DNA from: Somniosus microcephalus
Taxonomy: Eukaryota
Reading direction: 5' to 3'
NCBI GenBank assembly: GCA_052327205.1
Contig: CM126214.1
Span: 54,374,001-54,438,000, forward strand
Length of the DNA stretch: 64,000 nucleotides
The notes beneath the pieces are model-generated. The model was not told where the DNA came from. It worked only from the letters and a program-made list of their open reading frames with translations, and searched no databases. Positions 38,499 to 51,883 of this stretch are shown here, in pieces (within the stretch, counting starts at the first letter, position 1; each line of letters starts with the position of its first letter). The position numbers and the translations under genes are program-made.

Positions 38499-39269
38499 GT
38501 TGGTGTGTTTTTCTTTTTTACTTTTTTTAACCCACATTACATATGAATAATCTTTTTATAAAAGAAACTAAAACCCCACAGCACAGTTCAGATAATTTGC
38601 ACTAGTCTGTGGGTCTCCCGTTTTTGCATCCCAAAGTTTTTCCCCACTCGTTTTGGTGATGTGCTGTGCCTTGTGGTGATGATACCTTGGCGCTTGTACA
38701 CTGTTGCCTGGTGCATGATGGGAGAATGTAAGAACACGCTGCATGCCGCTGGGTCACGCTAAAATATGCTATGACAAGACAGTGTTCCTGCTGCACTTTA
38801 ATGAGGGTTCAAGGTTTAACGATGGTCTTGGAGCCTGCCAGGCACCTAATTGCACTATTTACACCTGGACTACACTGATTAATAACTACCTGATGAGACT
38901 ACTTTGTGTGTGGGGAGGGGCGGGGAGGCGAAGGTATAATTGTAGATTATGCCATCTGAAAGGATTTCTGGGTACATTTTGTGAAGTGCATTGTGGGACT
39001 GAAGTGAACACAGGTGAAATGGGAGGTATGGTGGCAAAATGGCAGCCTTTAAAAGGTGCTGTGTTGTCTTCCAAGTTGTCCCCGAGATAACAACAATAAA
39101 GTTATTGTATTGCAACTTACCCACATTGAGATCATTTTAGAATTGTTCCCGATTTTCAAAAATTGATTGTGTGCGCACAGGGTGTGCGGGGGGGGGGGGT
39201 GGAAATTGAGCAGCTTTGCGGCTTAGCACAGGATGCTGTCTTCGGGATGTGACCTAACTGACAGTTATA

Positions 39270-39900
39270 GACAAATAGGAATGTGCAGGCCCAGAAAACA
39301 CCACTGCGGTCCATCTGGGCAGTCCCTGTGTCTAAGGAATATTATCTCTCATACCCCTCTATCACACCTTTCTCCAGATAATTACCCAGCTCTCTTGTAT
39401 CAGCAAATTATTCAGCCCCCACTGCCTCCTTTGGCAGTCCACCATTCCATACATTCACCACCCTCTGTGTCAAGTAGTTAAATATAAACTGCCTTTTCAC
39501 TCTCCCTCTTCCAAGATTGAGGCTCTCTTGCAGAATCTGTGATAAACATGTTGATCTTTATCTTGTTTATATCTTTTAGGATCTTGAATACTTCATTAAG
39601 ATTACCTGTGAGCTTTCTCTTCTCCAGTGTAAACATTCCCAGCTTTTGCAGAATTCTCCTCGGAGCTCAGATGCCTAATCCCAGCTATCAGATTAGTTGC
39701 CCTTCGCTGTACCTGCTCCAATTCCTGGATGTCTTTCTCACACTATGGTGACCAGATTATACACAGTACTCCAGGTGGGGCTGTACCAAAGCTCCTTGCA
39801 AACTCAGAATTACTACCTGAGATTTGTGCTCTCTCCTCTTGCTATACAGCCCATGATCCTATATTCTGCCATACACAATGATGGTGGCTTCAACAATCTA
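39270..39900 (-). mobile_element. Old degenerate CR1 LINE 3' fragment
   Basis: TTCCATACATTCACCACCCTCTGTGT and GACCAGATTATACACAGTACTCCAGGTG (rc of the CR1 ORF2 'LEYCVQFW' region). Confidence 0.6.
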
Positions 39901-41460
39901 CCCCACCCACATCATCCAGCTCCTTTTGATGACCACTATTTCATTCCTAGGTAGACAGAGAAGTTAGGGGATTCCTCACCTTTTGAGCCAGCGCACTCTT
40001 CTCCCTCCCCACCCCCCCCCCCCCCCACCATTTCTTCAGCTTCTTTTCCTTGGTTGACTCAATGGGAGAGTACTTGGAATCCAAACTAGGTGCACAGGTG
40101 TGTGTGCAAGAGAGAGCGAGAGAATGGTGAAGGAGAGAGACCGTCCCTGAAAGAGGCCAACTGTAGGACAGGGCAGAAAATGGATAGTTCAGTTTATCTT
40201 CCACTTTTACAATGTGCACAATAGCATAGTAAGCTTCGAATTCAGCTGATGTGGAGTGTCTACTGTACATTACCCCTTTCTGTGTGTCTCACATTTTGAA
40301 AGCCAGCACAACCCATGGATCCCCTGTAGATGTGAGTATTGGTGTACCTGGAGTAGTTGGTAGCATAGGTTCAAAGCCTGTGTTTCCCTATGTGATGAGT
40401 TCTGAATCATGAAAAGTAAAAGCTGTAATAGCCCACAACAATGTTGCCCGTCTGCGAGCAGCCAGCTTGAGAGCAGCGTTGGTAGAGGCCTAGGAGTGGG
40501 TCACCTACTTGTCATCTCCACTGGGAAATAGTGTGTGGCATAGGAAGGTCTGGAGAGGGGGTCAGAAAAATGCAGCCTTGCTGTGGTCTCTTGTGTCTCA
40601 CTCATCATGATGCAAACATGTAAGTTGTGCTACAAAATGTCAGAAGAGGATTCCCCAGTACAGGGAGTGCTTGAGCCCTTGACCCGGTAGAAGAATGGGC
40701 CTCTGAGGTCCAAGAGCAGAGTGGCCTCTTTTTTTTTTTTAGTTCGTCCTGAGCTGGGCCATCAGGTGGAGTCCCAAGTGGAACTGAAGTATTCCATTTC
40801 CGGGAGAGAAAGGGAAGCAAAGGATAGGAAGGATTTAAAAGAGGCCTTTGAGGGAATCTCAGACCAGCAGCAAAGATGGTTATAGCAAAATCTTTGCCAC
40901 CTTCCCAGCTGGGGGAAGGTTATCACTGAAAAAATGATGGTCGCAAATGGACTGGTAGCTCAACTAAGTGTATGATTTTCATATGTAAGCCGAGATGGTG
41001 TCAGCAGCCTGTCTGAGTATGGAGCACATCACAGCCAAGCCTAATTCTGTCTTCACCTAAGGTCTACACACCTTCCAAAAGAGGTCATTGGAAATCTATC
41101 AGCAGCAGGAAATGGGCTGATTTTCACCCTCCCTTGTCTAGGGCACTTACACCAATTAGACCAACTGGTTGGCAATTGAAGCTGTGAGTTCTGCTCTGTG
41201 CGATTTCAAAAGTCATTGCCCTACCAATTGAGCCATTGGAATTGTATTCACCTCTTTAGATTCCCTGCTTTCCATTCCCAAGCTAGAGATGTGCGGGCTG
41301 TCTGCTGTTAGAGATCTACCAATTGCTGTCTGGAGCCAAGCCCCTAGGAGATGTACGAGCACGTACAGAGGTGATTGACCCTCTAGTATTCTCCTTCCCC
41401 AATGACAAAAGTAAGGCAGGAAGCCCAACCTGACAGGAAAGGGCGCAAAATAACATCCTT

Positions 41461-41590
41461 CCACTCAGCGGTACAGCACATTGGCACACCAGTGCACACT
41501 GGTCCACTCAGCGGTACAGCACATTGGCACACCAGTGCACACTGGTCCACTCAGCGGTACAGCACATTGGCACACCAGTGCACACTGGTC
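41461..41590. repeat. 43-bp perfect tandem triplication
   Basis: CCACTCAGCGGTACAGCACATTGGCACACCAGTGCACACTGGT at 41461, 41504 and 41547. Confidence 0.97.
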
Positions 41591-41691
41591 AATATTCATT
41601 GAACACGTCCTGTGGCAAAGTGGCACCATAGGGAAAACATGAACAATCTGTTTTATAATCGACTTCACCTCATCTTCACCGCCCCCCCCCC

Positions 41692-41693
<2 letters not shown>

Positions 41694-41730
<37 letters not shown>
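41694..41730. repeat. (CA)n microsatellite preceded by poly-C
   Basis: Direct reading. Confidence 0.97.
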
Positions 41731-41737
<7 letters not shown>

Positions 41738-42684
41738 TAAACCAAACGGTCTGTGTTTGTGCAGCGTTGGTGGGTTATAATAGTGACATTTAGACTGGAG
41801 ATCAAATATAAAGAGGAAGCGGGAGTTGGAACTGAAATCTCAGCAGGGATGCATCCGAAGGAATTAAATAGTTTCAAGTCGAAAGAGAGAAAACAGAAGC
41901 GACGAGAAGAAAAAAAACCTGCCAGTCATTTGAAATATTCTGCGGTGCTATTACTGCTCTTGGCGCAGTTCCCGCTCAGTCCCATAATTCAGCACACAGG
42001 AGGAGAAAAGATAGAAAACGAAAGAGCTCCCTGATGGTTTCTGACAACAGTTTGCTCAATAAAGCACGGCTCAGCTGCCTTTTATGCTGTATTTAGACAG
42101 TAATTAAGACTGGAAATAGGCAAAAGGTTTGAATTTGGCCTTTTTTCTTAATTTAATGAGGATTTACTGACTCCAAGTCTTCATGTTTGCCGATCCTCTC
42201 TGCACAGTTCCTCTATTTGAAGAAATTTAAAAGTCATTAAGAGAAAAAATTCCAGCCCTCTAGGTACATAGCAGTAAGCAAGAATGAAATCAAATCATTT
42301 ATTGAACAAAGTACAGCCCATCTCTCTTAAAGGGGAAGTCATCTGCGTAACAAATGTTCTATCTTTGCCGTCTCACTGCTTTCCCCAGAAGCCTGCCTAT
42401 CTTGCCACTCCCTCAAATGCCATGTAGCTCCATGTTGCGGAGACGTCCAGCTTTGTAATATTTGTCATTTTATTTTGCTTCACCACACGAGTGCCAGTGT
42501 GTTGGCACCTTTTCGGCTGCCCAAACCAGGGGGCCATTTTCCACTGGTCACCTGCCCACACCAGGGAATCTGCAGGTAGTCAGAAGACTCCTTGCTGCCC
42601 ATGTGGTGAAATAGTACAATTACATCAGTTAGATTTTTCCACAATGTGGGATAGAACCCAGGGAAAGGGATTGTGGTTGCAATA

Positions 42685-42750
42685 TTTTTTTTTATTCGCT
42701 TATGGGATCTGGGCGTCGCTGGCAAGGCCAGCATTTATTGCCCATCCCTA
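42685..42750 (-). mobile_element. Retroposon 3' tail
   Basis: rc TAGGGATGGGCAATAAATGCTGGCCTTGCCAGCGACGCCCAGATCCC plus poly-A; homologous to ~61250-61320. Confidence 0.7.
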
Positions 42751-43049
42751 AAGTAAACTATGAAGTGTAAAGTTCTGTTAAATTAGATTTTCAGATTCGT
42801 TTTAAAGCAACTCATTGAATGCGAGTCTCCACTGGACCCAGTGTCTTTAACATATATTGTGTTCCAATAATCAACAGAGTTGTGGAATACCATCTTGCAT
42901 CATCCTTTTGCCCAGTCCGAACATTTGGGGACCATTAAGACTTCCGAATCCAATTTTCAACAGTCTATTATTGGGCTCAAAGACATCTTATTGCAATAGT
43001 GATATTCTGCCAAGAATTTTTAACGCAAGTCCTAAATATGATATCCAGG

Positions 43050-43400
43050 ACCTCCCCAGTGGGTAAAGGCAACATTCAACTGCAATACAGACCAGGAAGG
43101 CTCCGATTCCATCCCTGGTCTGTGCTGAGTTAAATGATCTAAGCTGTGGCAACTGCAGCTCTTACAATCCCAGGAAAAAATAGTTTCAAGTTCTACTCCT
43201 GGTAGCCATCCCACGCACATGTGAAGCCCGAGAGCATCAGGCTTGACTGCGTAGGCCGCCCTTATCTTACTGGCACTCGCTGTTGAGGCTCACGCATAAA
43301 GAAGGGCCAATTGGTTGAACTACCAGAGGGCCTCCACAACTAGTGGAGCCATTACCTCAGCATGAGTCACAGCAGAGCCTAGTGAAGAAAAGGAGAGGGA
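43050..43400 (+). mobile_element. Family X SINE-like copy with tRNA-like head
   Basis: CAGACCAGGAAGGCTCCGATTCCATCCCTGGTCTGTGCTGAGTTA...GGCTCACGCATAAAGAAGGGCCAATTGG. Confidence 0.55.
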
Positions 43401-43723
43401 AAAAAACTCAAGAATATCCAATCTTATTTACTACTTGTCCAAGTGACATGCCATGACAGTATATCAACGCTGCGCCAACCTTTATTATTATATTGACAGG
43501 CTGTCCAATTGGAATGTCAGACACCACTTTAGAGCTTGCACAGCCTAATGTAAGTCACGGTGCACTAAACACCCTGACAGAAACTGGTGTCGAATGAACA
43601 GAGCAGTATTCTGAATCAGCAGCTTTCAACTTATGGTGCATTTTGACAGAGTGGCCTTTTAAGACTGCCAAGCAGGTCAGTGTGCCCGACATGCTGTTTT
43701 TCAGTAAATCAAAATAGAGTCGC

Positions 43724-43880
43724 GGGGTAGATGTTCAACTTGCCGCCCGAGCATCAAACTGGCATTGCGGGTCGGCCGCCGGTTGTAGCGCCCACCCGAT
43801 TCCCATTAAAATCATCTAGAACAAGCGACTGATCCACAACACCAGTTTTAGACCTGGGCGACAAGTTAAATATCTACCTC
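43724..43880. mobile_element. Short MITE
   Basis: Imperfect TIRs GGGGTAGATGTTCAACTTGCCGCCC / GGGCGACAAGTTAAATATCTACCTC. Confidence 0.7.
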
Positions 43881-44357
43881 ATAGAGTTTTACAGCACAGA
43901 AGGAGGCAATTCAACCCATTGCACCTGTGCCAGCTCTCACAAAGAGCTGTCCAATTAATCCTATTCACCTGTTCTTTCCCCACATCTTTATTTTTCAGAT
44001 ATTTATCTACTTCCCTTTTAAAAGCTCTTACAGATTCTGCTTCTATAAGAGCATACCACATCCTAATAACTGTCTGTGTTTAAAAAAAACTCTAGCCTCT
44101 CCTTTCATTCTTTTGGTGATGATCTTAAAGTTATGGCCCCTAGTTACTGACACATCAACTAGTGGAAATAGGTTTTCACTATTTATCTTATCAAAATCCC
44201 TCATAATTTTGAACATCCCAAGCAGATCTCCTGTTAACCTTCTCTGGTCTAGTGAGAAGAATCCTAGTTTCTCCAGTCTTTCATAAGTAAAGCCCATCAT
44301 TCCTGGTATCATTTTAGCATATCTATTCTTCATAGTCTTGACCTCCTTCCTAAACAT
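43881..44357 (-). mobile_element. CR1-clade LINE 3' fragment (ORF2 C-terminus plus tail), disrupted
   Basis: Translation YERLEKLGFFSLDQRRLTGDL...TRGHNFKI is the typical CR1 ORF2 C-terminus. Confidence 0.92.
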
Positions 44358-47300
44358 TGAAAGAACATGTCGCTTGTGGGTCCGTATTCCGTATACAGAT
44401 TACTGCAGTTTTCAGCTATTGACACTGGTCATGAGAAAAGGAGAGGTTGGCATCTCGGTAATCCACCAATATTCCCAGTTTATCAGTAGTCCCATTTAAG
44501 CTGCTGAGTAATTGGTTGGACTCACAAACGTAGCAGACAGTAGAACTAAGCAGATTCAGCATGGATTATAATGCATCGATGGGCTCCCACTCATGACAGC
44601 CATTCATTAATCCTGGATGGAGTGTGTACGTGGTTGTCAGGTAAGGGCAGGAGCAAGCTTGGCTGTGATGCTGTCTGTTGTCACGTGGCTAGGTTCACAC
44701 ATGAAAAATGGACCCTTGGGGTGAGGTAGAAAAGAGGGCGACAGGCACCCAAAGATCTGTGCCCCAGCAACAATCAGTGCCTCGGGAGGAGGTGAGCAAG
44801 CTGTGCAGACAGGTACGTGCCCAGTCACCATCTCTAATCAGCTGCAGGCTGCATACAGCATCTGGGTCTTGAGAAAGACTTGCGTGTTGGACCCAGGAAA
44901 ATTGAGATAATCCACTTATGGCTATGGCTGCTGCTTATTGCTGTTAATAATTGAACTAATGCTGATTGCAGAAGCTTAACTGCAGTACTCCACATATAGA
45001 TGTTGCAGTTGTGTTGATATTGTACCTTGTGTGTAAGATGGATCAAACTGGAGTAAATCCGCACAATCCAATCTCTTTGGTTCGTGAAGATAAGCCTCAA
45101 TGAGACACATGAAGTACTGACAACAAGCTGCTGATATGGATTGGTGGTAATGGCTTTCAATTTCAGTCTTGCATTTCTGGTCCCAAGTCCCCTTTACAGT
45201 CAACCTTCACACTCATTCCCACTTCAGCATTACTTCTTGAGTTGGCAGTTGGGATCTGCTTGCCTCTAAGGGTGATCCTTGAGTTAGCCAAACTTCCAGT
45301 TCGGCAGAATGTGTTGAAAGTCTGTGGTGAAGGCGGAGGCTAAGATTTAATATCTCATTGCAGTTATTTATAATGGGAGCCTGGGATCAGCTGAATGAAT
45401 GCACTGATAGGCAGCATAGCTCGGGGGAGTAGAAAACCATCTTTATGTTTGGGAGGATACAAACTCTTCTCTTCCCACCTCTCATCTCTCAGGCCATGTA
45501 CAGCTTATGGCTGCGATAGTGGGTAGACAACCTGATCCCAGGCCTACACCTATGCCATTTTGCACGTGGGAGTGGCTCACCATGTGGTTTTCCATCTGAT
45601 TTCTTTCCCCTTTCCCTGTGAGGAAGCACCTCGCCCACCTGCCCACAATACGACTGAGTTCACCGTTCAGTGATGTGGAGAATTGATGGAACTATTTAAT
45701 TTGAAAGGCATGGGTCTGTGCATCTAGTTTTTAGCTCACTGTTGCCCATTATAACCTTTTGCCAACCATCCAGTTAGATTCAGAAATAGCTGACTTTCCC
45801 CCCTGCGCTTTCCCCACCTCCCACAATCACACATCTCCATCGCCATCTTCCACCTTCTATACCAAAAGCTGGCAGCTCAAAGGTGTCTCTTACACCTGAT
45901 TGCGATTGATTCAGCTTGATTGGTTCAGCTTGATTGGGCAGGCCTTGATGATTTAATGGTGTCATATTGAATTCAGCCATGGCTCATAGGAGGGACAATA
46001 ACCTACATCATTAAAATACTATAAAGAAATACAAAATTGAATTCTAAGATTAAGATGCTATATACAATAATGAATTAATGGTTCACCAAATTGAGGACCG
46101 GCCGGATAATTGACCTTGGCTGCATCCTGTAGTTTCCTGCATATTCTTCACTTGGAAGGGAAATACACAGATGGCTCTTTAGTGCATTAATTAGATGCAT
46201 TTGTTTAAAAAAAAATGACAGTAGCTGTTTGATCTGAGTGACTGGTGGCAGTCTGTCATGGGTAAAGAAGACTGATTTGAGGCAACATATTGGAGCTTTA
46301 AAGAGTAGAACCACAATGAGCCTGTTGCCTGGACAACAGTTGGTCATGTTTTTACAATAGAATCCATCACAGTTTGGAGTCACCTTAAACCTTGAAGGAA
46401 TCCACACCATATCTGTACAGAATTGGAGGGACTGGGGAATGAGAGAGAGTCCAGTAGCTATAATCCAGTCAACATGGACTCTCACTGGCACACTATGGTG
46501 GTTTAGCACAACCCTGTTCTTTTCTACCTCAGACGACCAAACTCCCTGAGGGCAAAACTGGAGCCAAAGCTCAGATGGGAGGCAAGACAAAGTAAAGCAG
46601 AATTGCGTGGCACTGTCCATTTGATCTGGGTAAATGGACAGGCCTGATGATTGACCTTGATTGCATGGAGGGTACACGAGCAAGGAACAGTAGAACAATT
46701 TGAGTCCATAAGCAAAAAGGTCATCCTGTAATCTACCAGTGATAGTTTCAGGAGTGAATTGTGAAGGTGCCACTCACGATTGCAATGAAGCTGGTGATTA
46801 CCGTTAAATAGTTGTAATCAGAGACAAATTTATATCTCCATCTTCATTTTTGAGTAAGGCCATTCCTTTAAGGTTCTTTATGATGTTACATGGCTGTTAG
46901 GATACTAGAGAGGAGTCTTATGATGGTGTGACATAGTTGGAATTAGATTCAAGTGCTGCCCACATGGTATAAATGGGGTTTCTGTTTACAAAGCGAGTGT
47001 TAAGTGGGTGTGAAAGTCATTTTTTGTGGAGTAAACAAGACTTCTGAATGTCAGAAAATCAACGCCAAAGGACTCTGTATCAGGTGGTTATCATCATGCA
47101 TCAGAACACACTTTGTGCAGTGGGAACACTGACCTGTCTGGTATGTTGAACTCTCTCTATGTCTGCCTGTCTTTGCTCTTGCTATCCTGCACTGCTCTTC
47201 TTTGTCTTCCAATTGATTAGATTACACCTTCTGAAGTCCATGCCCCAATTCAAACCAGTTAGCCATCGCACTAGAAGGAATACAATGGCTGTCTTTGTGT

Positions 47301-48409
47301 TTGTTTAACTTGTAATAATGAGGCTTTCCAAACAAACTAAGAGGCTAACCTTACCCAACACCTTCCACATCTATCCCCCGACTGCTAGTATTGGGCTGTC
47401 CAATAATAGTGGAATATCCCAGTGCCATCTGGAAATCACTGACAAGAGTCAACCTGAGTCAGCATTCAGCTTTGATCTGAAATCCCTTTTAGAGCATCTC
47501 TGGTCTCCTTGTGCTGTGTGCTTCAGCATGGTGACAGATTTTGCCATTTGAGGTCACTTTGAGCGAGGTTCGCCCAACCCCATTTTAAAAGAGCCTTTGT
47601 TTGTGAAGTGCTTGAAATGCTGGTTCATGGTTCTAATTTACATTCTCCCTTTTAGCACCTGTAACTCAGGCCAGTGGAGTTTTATATGTATACATATATA
47701 TAAAAGCAGAGCCCCCCCTTCTCAGTGGGTTGGTGTAATCTAATTGTAGTAATGAACTGGAAGATGCAAATTATTGTGGCTTTTCAACATTTTGGCACAG
47801 ATTATGGCTCTTGCCAAAATGGCAGATAATCTGTGCCTTCTTGCTCATTGGTGCTTTGGTGTCTGGTGCAGTGTAGCTTGCCTTGTGGAGGTTATTTGGT
47901 GATGAAGTCCCTCCCTCTTCTCCCTACTACCCCGCCTCCACCCGTTCCTCCCTGAATGTACTCACTGTCACATTCTTCTGTGAATCAGGGCTCGCAATCA
48001 TCCAAACACTGTTGCCACGCTTTCAGAGGAATAGTCTAGAGCACTCTTTATCCCCTTCCCTATCCAATTTAAAACAAAATTAATTACGTTTTTTTCTTTT
48101 GAAAGATGAACACTCGCAAAACACAACTGAAACTGAAGCCAGCATCTTTCTCTCACTGCCTTAAGTTCAAGTTTCTGAACCAATCATTAAACCCTTCCCT
48201 GAGGCCTTGTCATAATTATTTCTGTAACTTTGTTTTAAAAGGGATTGGATGTAGAAGTCATAACAGCAAGTCTCAGGATAAACCATGCATCATCACATAT
48301 GATGTTACATGATAATGAGCACTGGCTGATCAAATTATTACCATGATGCTGTTCACAGTGAGAATCGACCTTGCGTGTCTCTATAACACAGCCTATCTCC
48401 TGGACAGAA

Positions 48410-48790
48410 AATTGACTTGCATTCATGGAGCATCTTGTCACATCTCTCGCAAACATCGCAAAGCTCTTCACATACGACAGATTACTTTCATGTGCAGTGA
48501 TCGATATATAGGCAAATATGGCAGCCAGTGAGATCCCACAAGCAGCAATGAATTAGTCTAAATTTGCTGGTGTTGGTTGAGGGAGAAATATTGGTCAGGG
48601 CACTGGGAGAACTCCCCTTCTACGAAATAGTGCAATGGGATCTTTAACATCCACCCAAACAGGCAGATGGGACCTCAGTCTGAAGGACAGCAACTCTGAA
48701 CATGCAGCACTCCCTCACTCCTGCATTGAAGTGTCAGCCTAGATTATTTACTCAAGTGCTGCTTGAACCCACAAAGGTGGGAGTGGCATC
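48410..48790 (-). mobile_element. Deu-domain SINE (SacSINE1/AmnSINE-like)
   Basis: GTTGGTTGAGGGAGAAATATTGGTCAGGGCACTGGGAGAACTCCCC...AATAGTGCAATGGGATCTTT...GCAGCACTCCCTCA; homologous to 59476-59925. Confidence 0.75.
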
Positions 48791-49624
48791 AACAGGCACT
48801 ACAGTGGATGGTCTTTAATTATGTGATCAGAAATGTCTGGTTGGGAACAGGGTTGAAGGTTAATGGGGAGGTTCATACTGAGATCATCAAACATTTCATT
48901 GGTCAGGCTGTCTCGTGCTGACCTTGCACTCCCTAATCAATGAAACATTTCTGTTGAAAAATATTAGTCATGCAAAATGGGAAGAAAACTTCCTTCCTCG
49001 CACTTAGAAATCATTTATTTAATTTTATCTCAGCCGGTATCAGGAGTGGAGCCAGATTACACGTAGACTTATGTGTAACCAGGACAAACCTCATTTTGGA
49101 GTGAAACCCAGACTGTTTGCATTATTCTGCAGTTTAAGACGTAGGATGAACCCGGGAAGAGTTAGCAGTGAGGTCATGTGGCGTCTCTGGCTAGACTGCC
49201 TTTCATGTCTGACTGACTATAAGCCCTACAATACCCGATAAAACCAGGACAAACCTACTTCCCTCTGGCTTTTTTCTCCCTCCCCTTCCCCCTTCCTCGC
49301 TTTGATCTGAGTTGGGGACCTTTGAACGTTGTATTCAGCTCATGTTATGTGATCAGTGTCCTGTAGACTTGAGAAGTTGGTTCTTTCATTCTAGATTTGT
49401 CTGAAATTGGGTCATTGAAAAGCAAAAAGGAGTCCTGCTCTATAAGTGCAATTTGTTGTAGAGTAACTCTAGGCATGTTTCTGGGTCCACGGGGTGAATT
49501 TTAACCCCCCAAAAACAGGTGGGTTGGGGTCGGGTGAGATGTTAAATTTTTTAAATCTCAAACCCGACCCCAACCCGCCCACTTCCAGCATTAACGTAGG
49601 TGGGACGGGGGGACGGGCAATTTA

Positions 49625-51883
49625 AATGGGCCAGAAATTCCAGGCCAGAAGCGTGAGTACGGTCGGCTTACTCACGCTTCTGGCCGTTGGAAATGCCGGC
49701 GTTCAGCATGAACTGCGCATGCGGGGAACGCCGGCATTTCCAGACCTCGAGCGCGTGCGACTGCACAGGCAGCGCTTGCACAGTGAACTTCGTGGATTTC
49801 ATTCATGAAATCCGTGAGGTTAAGTCCTTAGAAGTTACACTGAAAAAAAGCAAGTGTAAAGTGGTTCATTGGCTGCGGAGGAAGATGTATTTTATCGTGG
49901 AGCTTTTGAAATGCAATATTTTTGTTTGGGAAAGGGAGGGAAGTTATTTTAAGAAATTTTAAGTAAGTTTTAAAGTTAAAATTTTTTTTTTTTTTAAAGG
50001 GTTTTCAGAACGGTAGGTAGAAGGAGCAATTGTGGCTGTGTGAATGGAATGTGAGAATGAGTTATGTATGTATGTCCACATATATTCCTTTACGTATATG
50101 TATGTATGTTTTATATTCCTTTACTATGAATGTATGTTTTTAATTATGATTTTCCAATAAGTTACTTTCTCTGAAAGTCATAATTAAATAATACATTCAT
50201 ACACATAAGTAAAGGAATATATACATAACGCGCAAAGGAATATATACAGACATACATACTTTCAGAAGCTCCACGATAAGAAATATCTTCCTCTGTAGCA
50301 ACTGTACCCATGCTTTTTTCATGTGTAAGTTGTAATGACTGGACCTCACTGAAAGCATTAATGAAAGCGGCGAATTATACTGCGCACGCGCTGCATGTGC
50401 AGTCGCACGCGTTCTGCCTCTGAACCCCTTCGTTCAGAGGACAGGAAATGCCGGTTTTCCCCACATGCACTGTGCATGCTGAAAACCGGCATTTCATCCG
50501 GCCAGATGCGTAAGTACCCCGACCGTACTAGTGCATTTGGAAGGGAATTATTGGGCCAACATTTTACATGTCAATAAAATAAAAAATTTAACACTTGCAC
50601 GACTTGCCCCCTCGCATCTGCGACTGAGGGTCCAAGGAGGTGCATTGCGCAAGAGGTCATCATCGGACATATCCTCACACTGTTCCCTTTGGGGAACTGT
50701 ATGAAGTGGTGGAAGGATTTATGGCCGTGATTAACGCTCATTCCGTGACCGTAACCATCTTTGAACCAGCCATTAGGGTGGTTAGTCCTATGGCGGGAGG
50801 GTTTTACGGGCTCCCACAACCCATCTGAGGGGGGGGGGCCATCAACACCCACGGACGCAAGTATCCCGCTGGATGTCCACCCAGAATTTAAAGTTGGAGC
50901 TCCGACTCCACTTGCCGGGACTGTCTGGAGTGGGGTTCAAAACCCTACTCCTTCTGGCCCAGCGGCGGGGATGCTTACTGCTACGCAAAAGGCCCACTCC
51001 GCACAAAAGGTGACACCCATACGTTTCCTGCGCCTTTTCCCTCCCCATGACTGGAGCCCTATGCTGCCATTTCACGTTGCTAATCGGATTGGGCGTTTGT
51101 CATAGCGGTAGGATCCCCGCCGCTGGGCCAGATCAGGGTAGGGTTTCGAACCCCGCTCCAGACAGTCCCGGCAAGTGGAGTCGGAGCTCCGGCTCTAAAT
51201 TCTGGGTTGACATCCAGTGGGATATTTGCGTCCGTGGGTGTGGGTGGCCCCCCCTCCTTGTATAGCTTGTGGGAGCCCGTAAAACCCTCCCGCCATAGGA
51301 CTAACCGCCCTAATGGCTGGTTCAAAGATGGTTACGGTCACGGAATGAGCGTTAATCACGGCCATAAATCCTTCCACCACTTCATACAGTTCCCCAAAGG
51401 GAACAGTGTGAAGACACGTATGACGACGACATTGCTAAATAAATAAATGGAATTTAAAAAATTCTTTTAGGGCTTTTAAAAGTCTTTAAATTGCTTTAAT
51501 TCTCTTTAAAACTACTTCAGATTACTCAAAATAATGTAAACATTTTAAAAAGTTTATAAAAGTTACCAAAATCTTCAAAAAACTTCCAAAAACCTATTTA
51601 AACTGCTGCTTTGCATGTAAAAAAGCAAAGCAGCTTGACAGAAACATTGGGGGCGTGTCCAGTGAAACTGAGACCTCAAGGGGCGTGTCTCACTTACACT
51701 GCACGCTCCTGGGTCCGCGCTGGCTGCACTCCTGGGCGGCGTGACGTCATACGCTGCCCGGGAATGTGCTTTCTATTTCTCCAAGTTCAGGCGTCCCAGA
51801 AGCTGATCGGCAGGAGCGCGGGTTAAGTGCAAATACGGGGCTTGCACGCGCTGCAAGCCCCGTTCTGGAATTTCTGGCCCATT
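49625..51883. mobile_element. Composite TIR element
   Basis: Perfect 18-bp inverted termini AATGGGCCAGAAATTCCA (49625-49642) / TGGAATTTCTGGCCCATT (51866-51883), each next to a subterminal hairpin. Confidence 0.75.
50675..51411. mobile_element. Fold-back element, ~327-bp inverted arms, ~83-bp spacer
   Basis: Arms 50675-51001 and 51085-51411; outer 145 bp has a single mismatch. Confidence 0.9.

Noticed and set aside
44043-44357. Functional nested gene
   Set aside because: Truncated, frameshifted CR1 ORF2 remnant.
46075-46773. 232-aa minus-strand ORF
   Set aside because: GTG start, no recognisable domain, random-like composition.
50676-51410. CACTA or Transib/RSS-like termini (CACACTG...CAGTGTG)
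   Set aside because: No 2-3-bp or 5-bp TSD, no nonamer, and the inverted similarity continues weakly beyond these motifs.
50640-51446. Pairs of near-identical ORFs on opposite strands
   Set aside because: Consequence of the fold-back repeat; no protein motif recognised.
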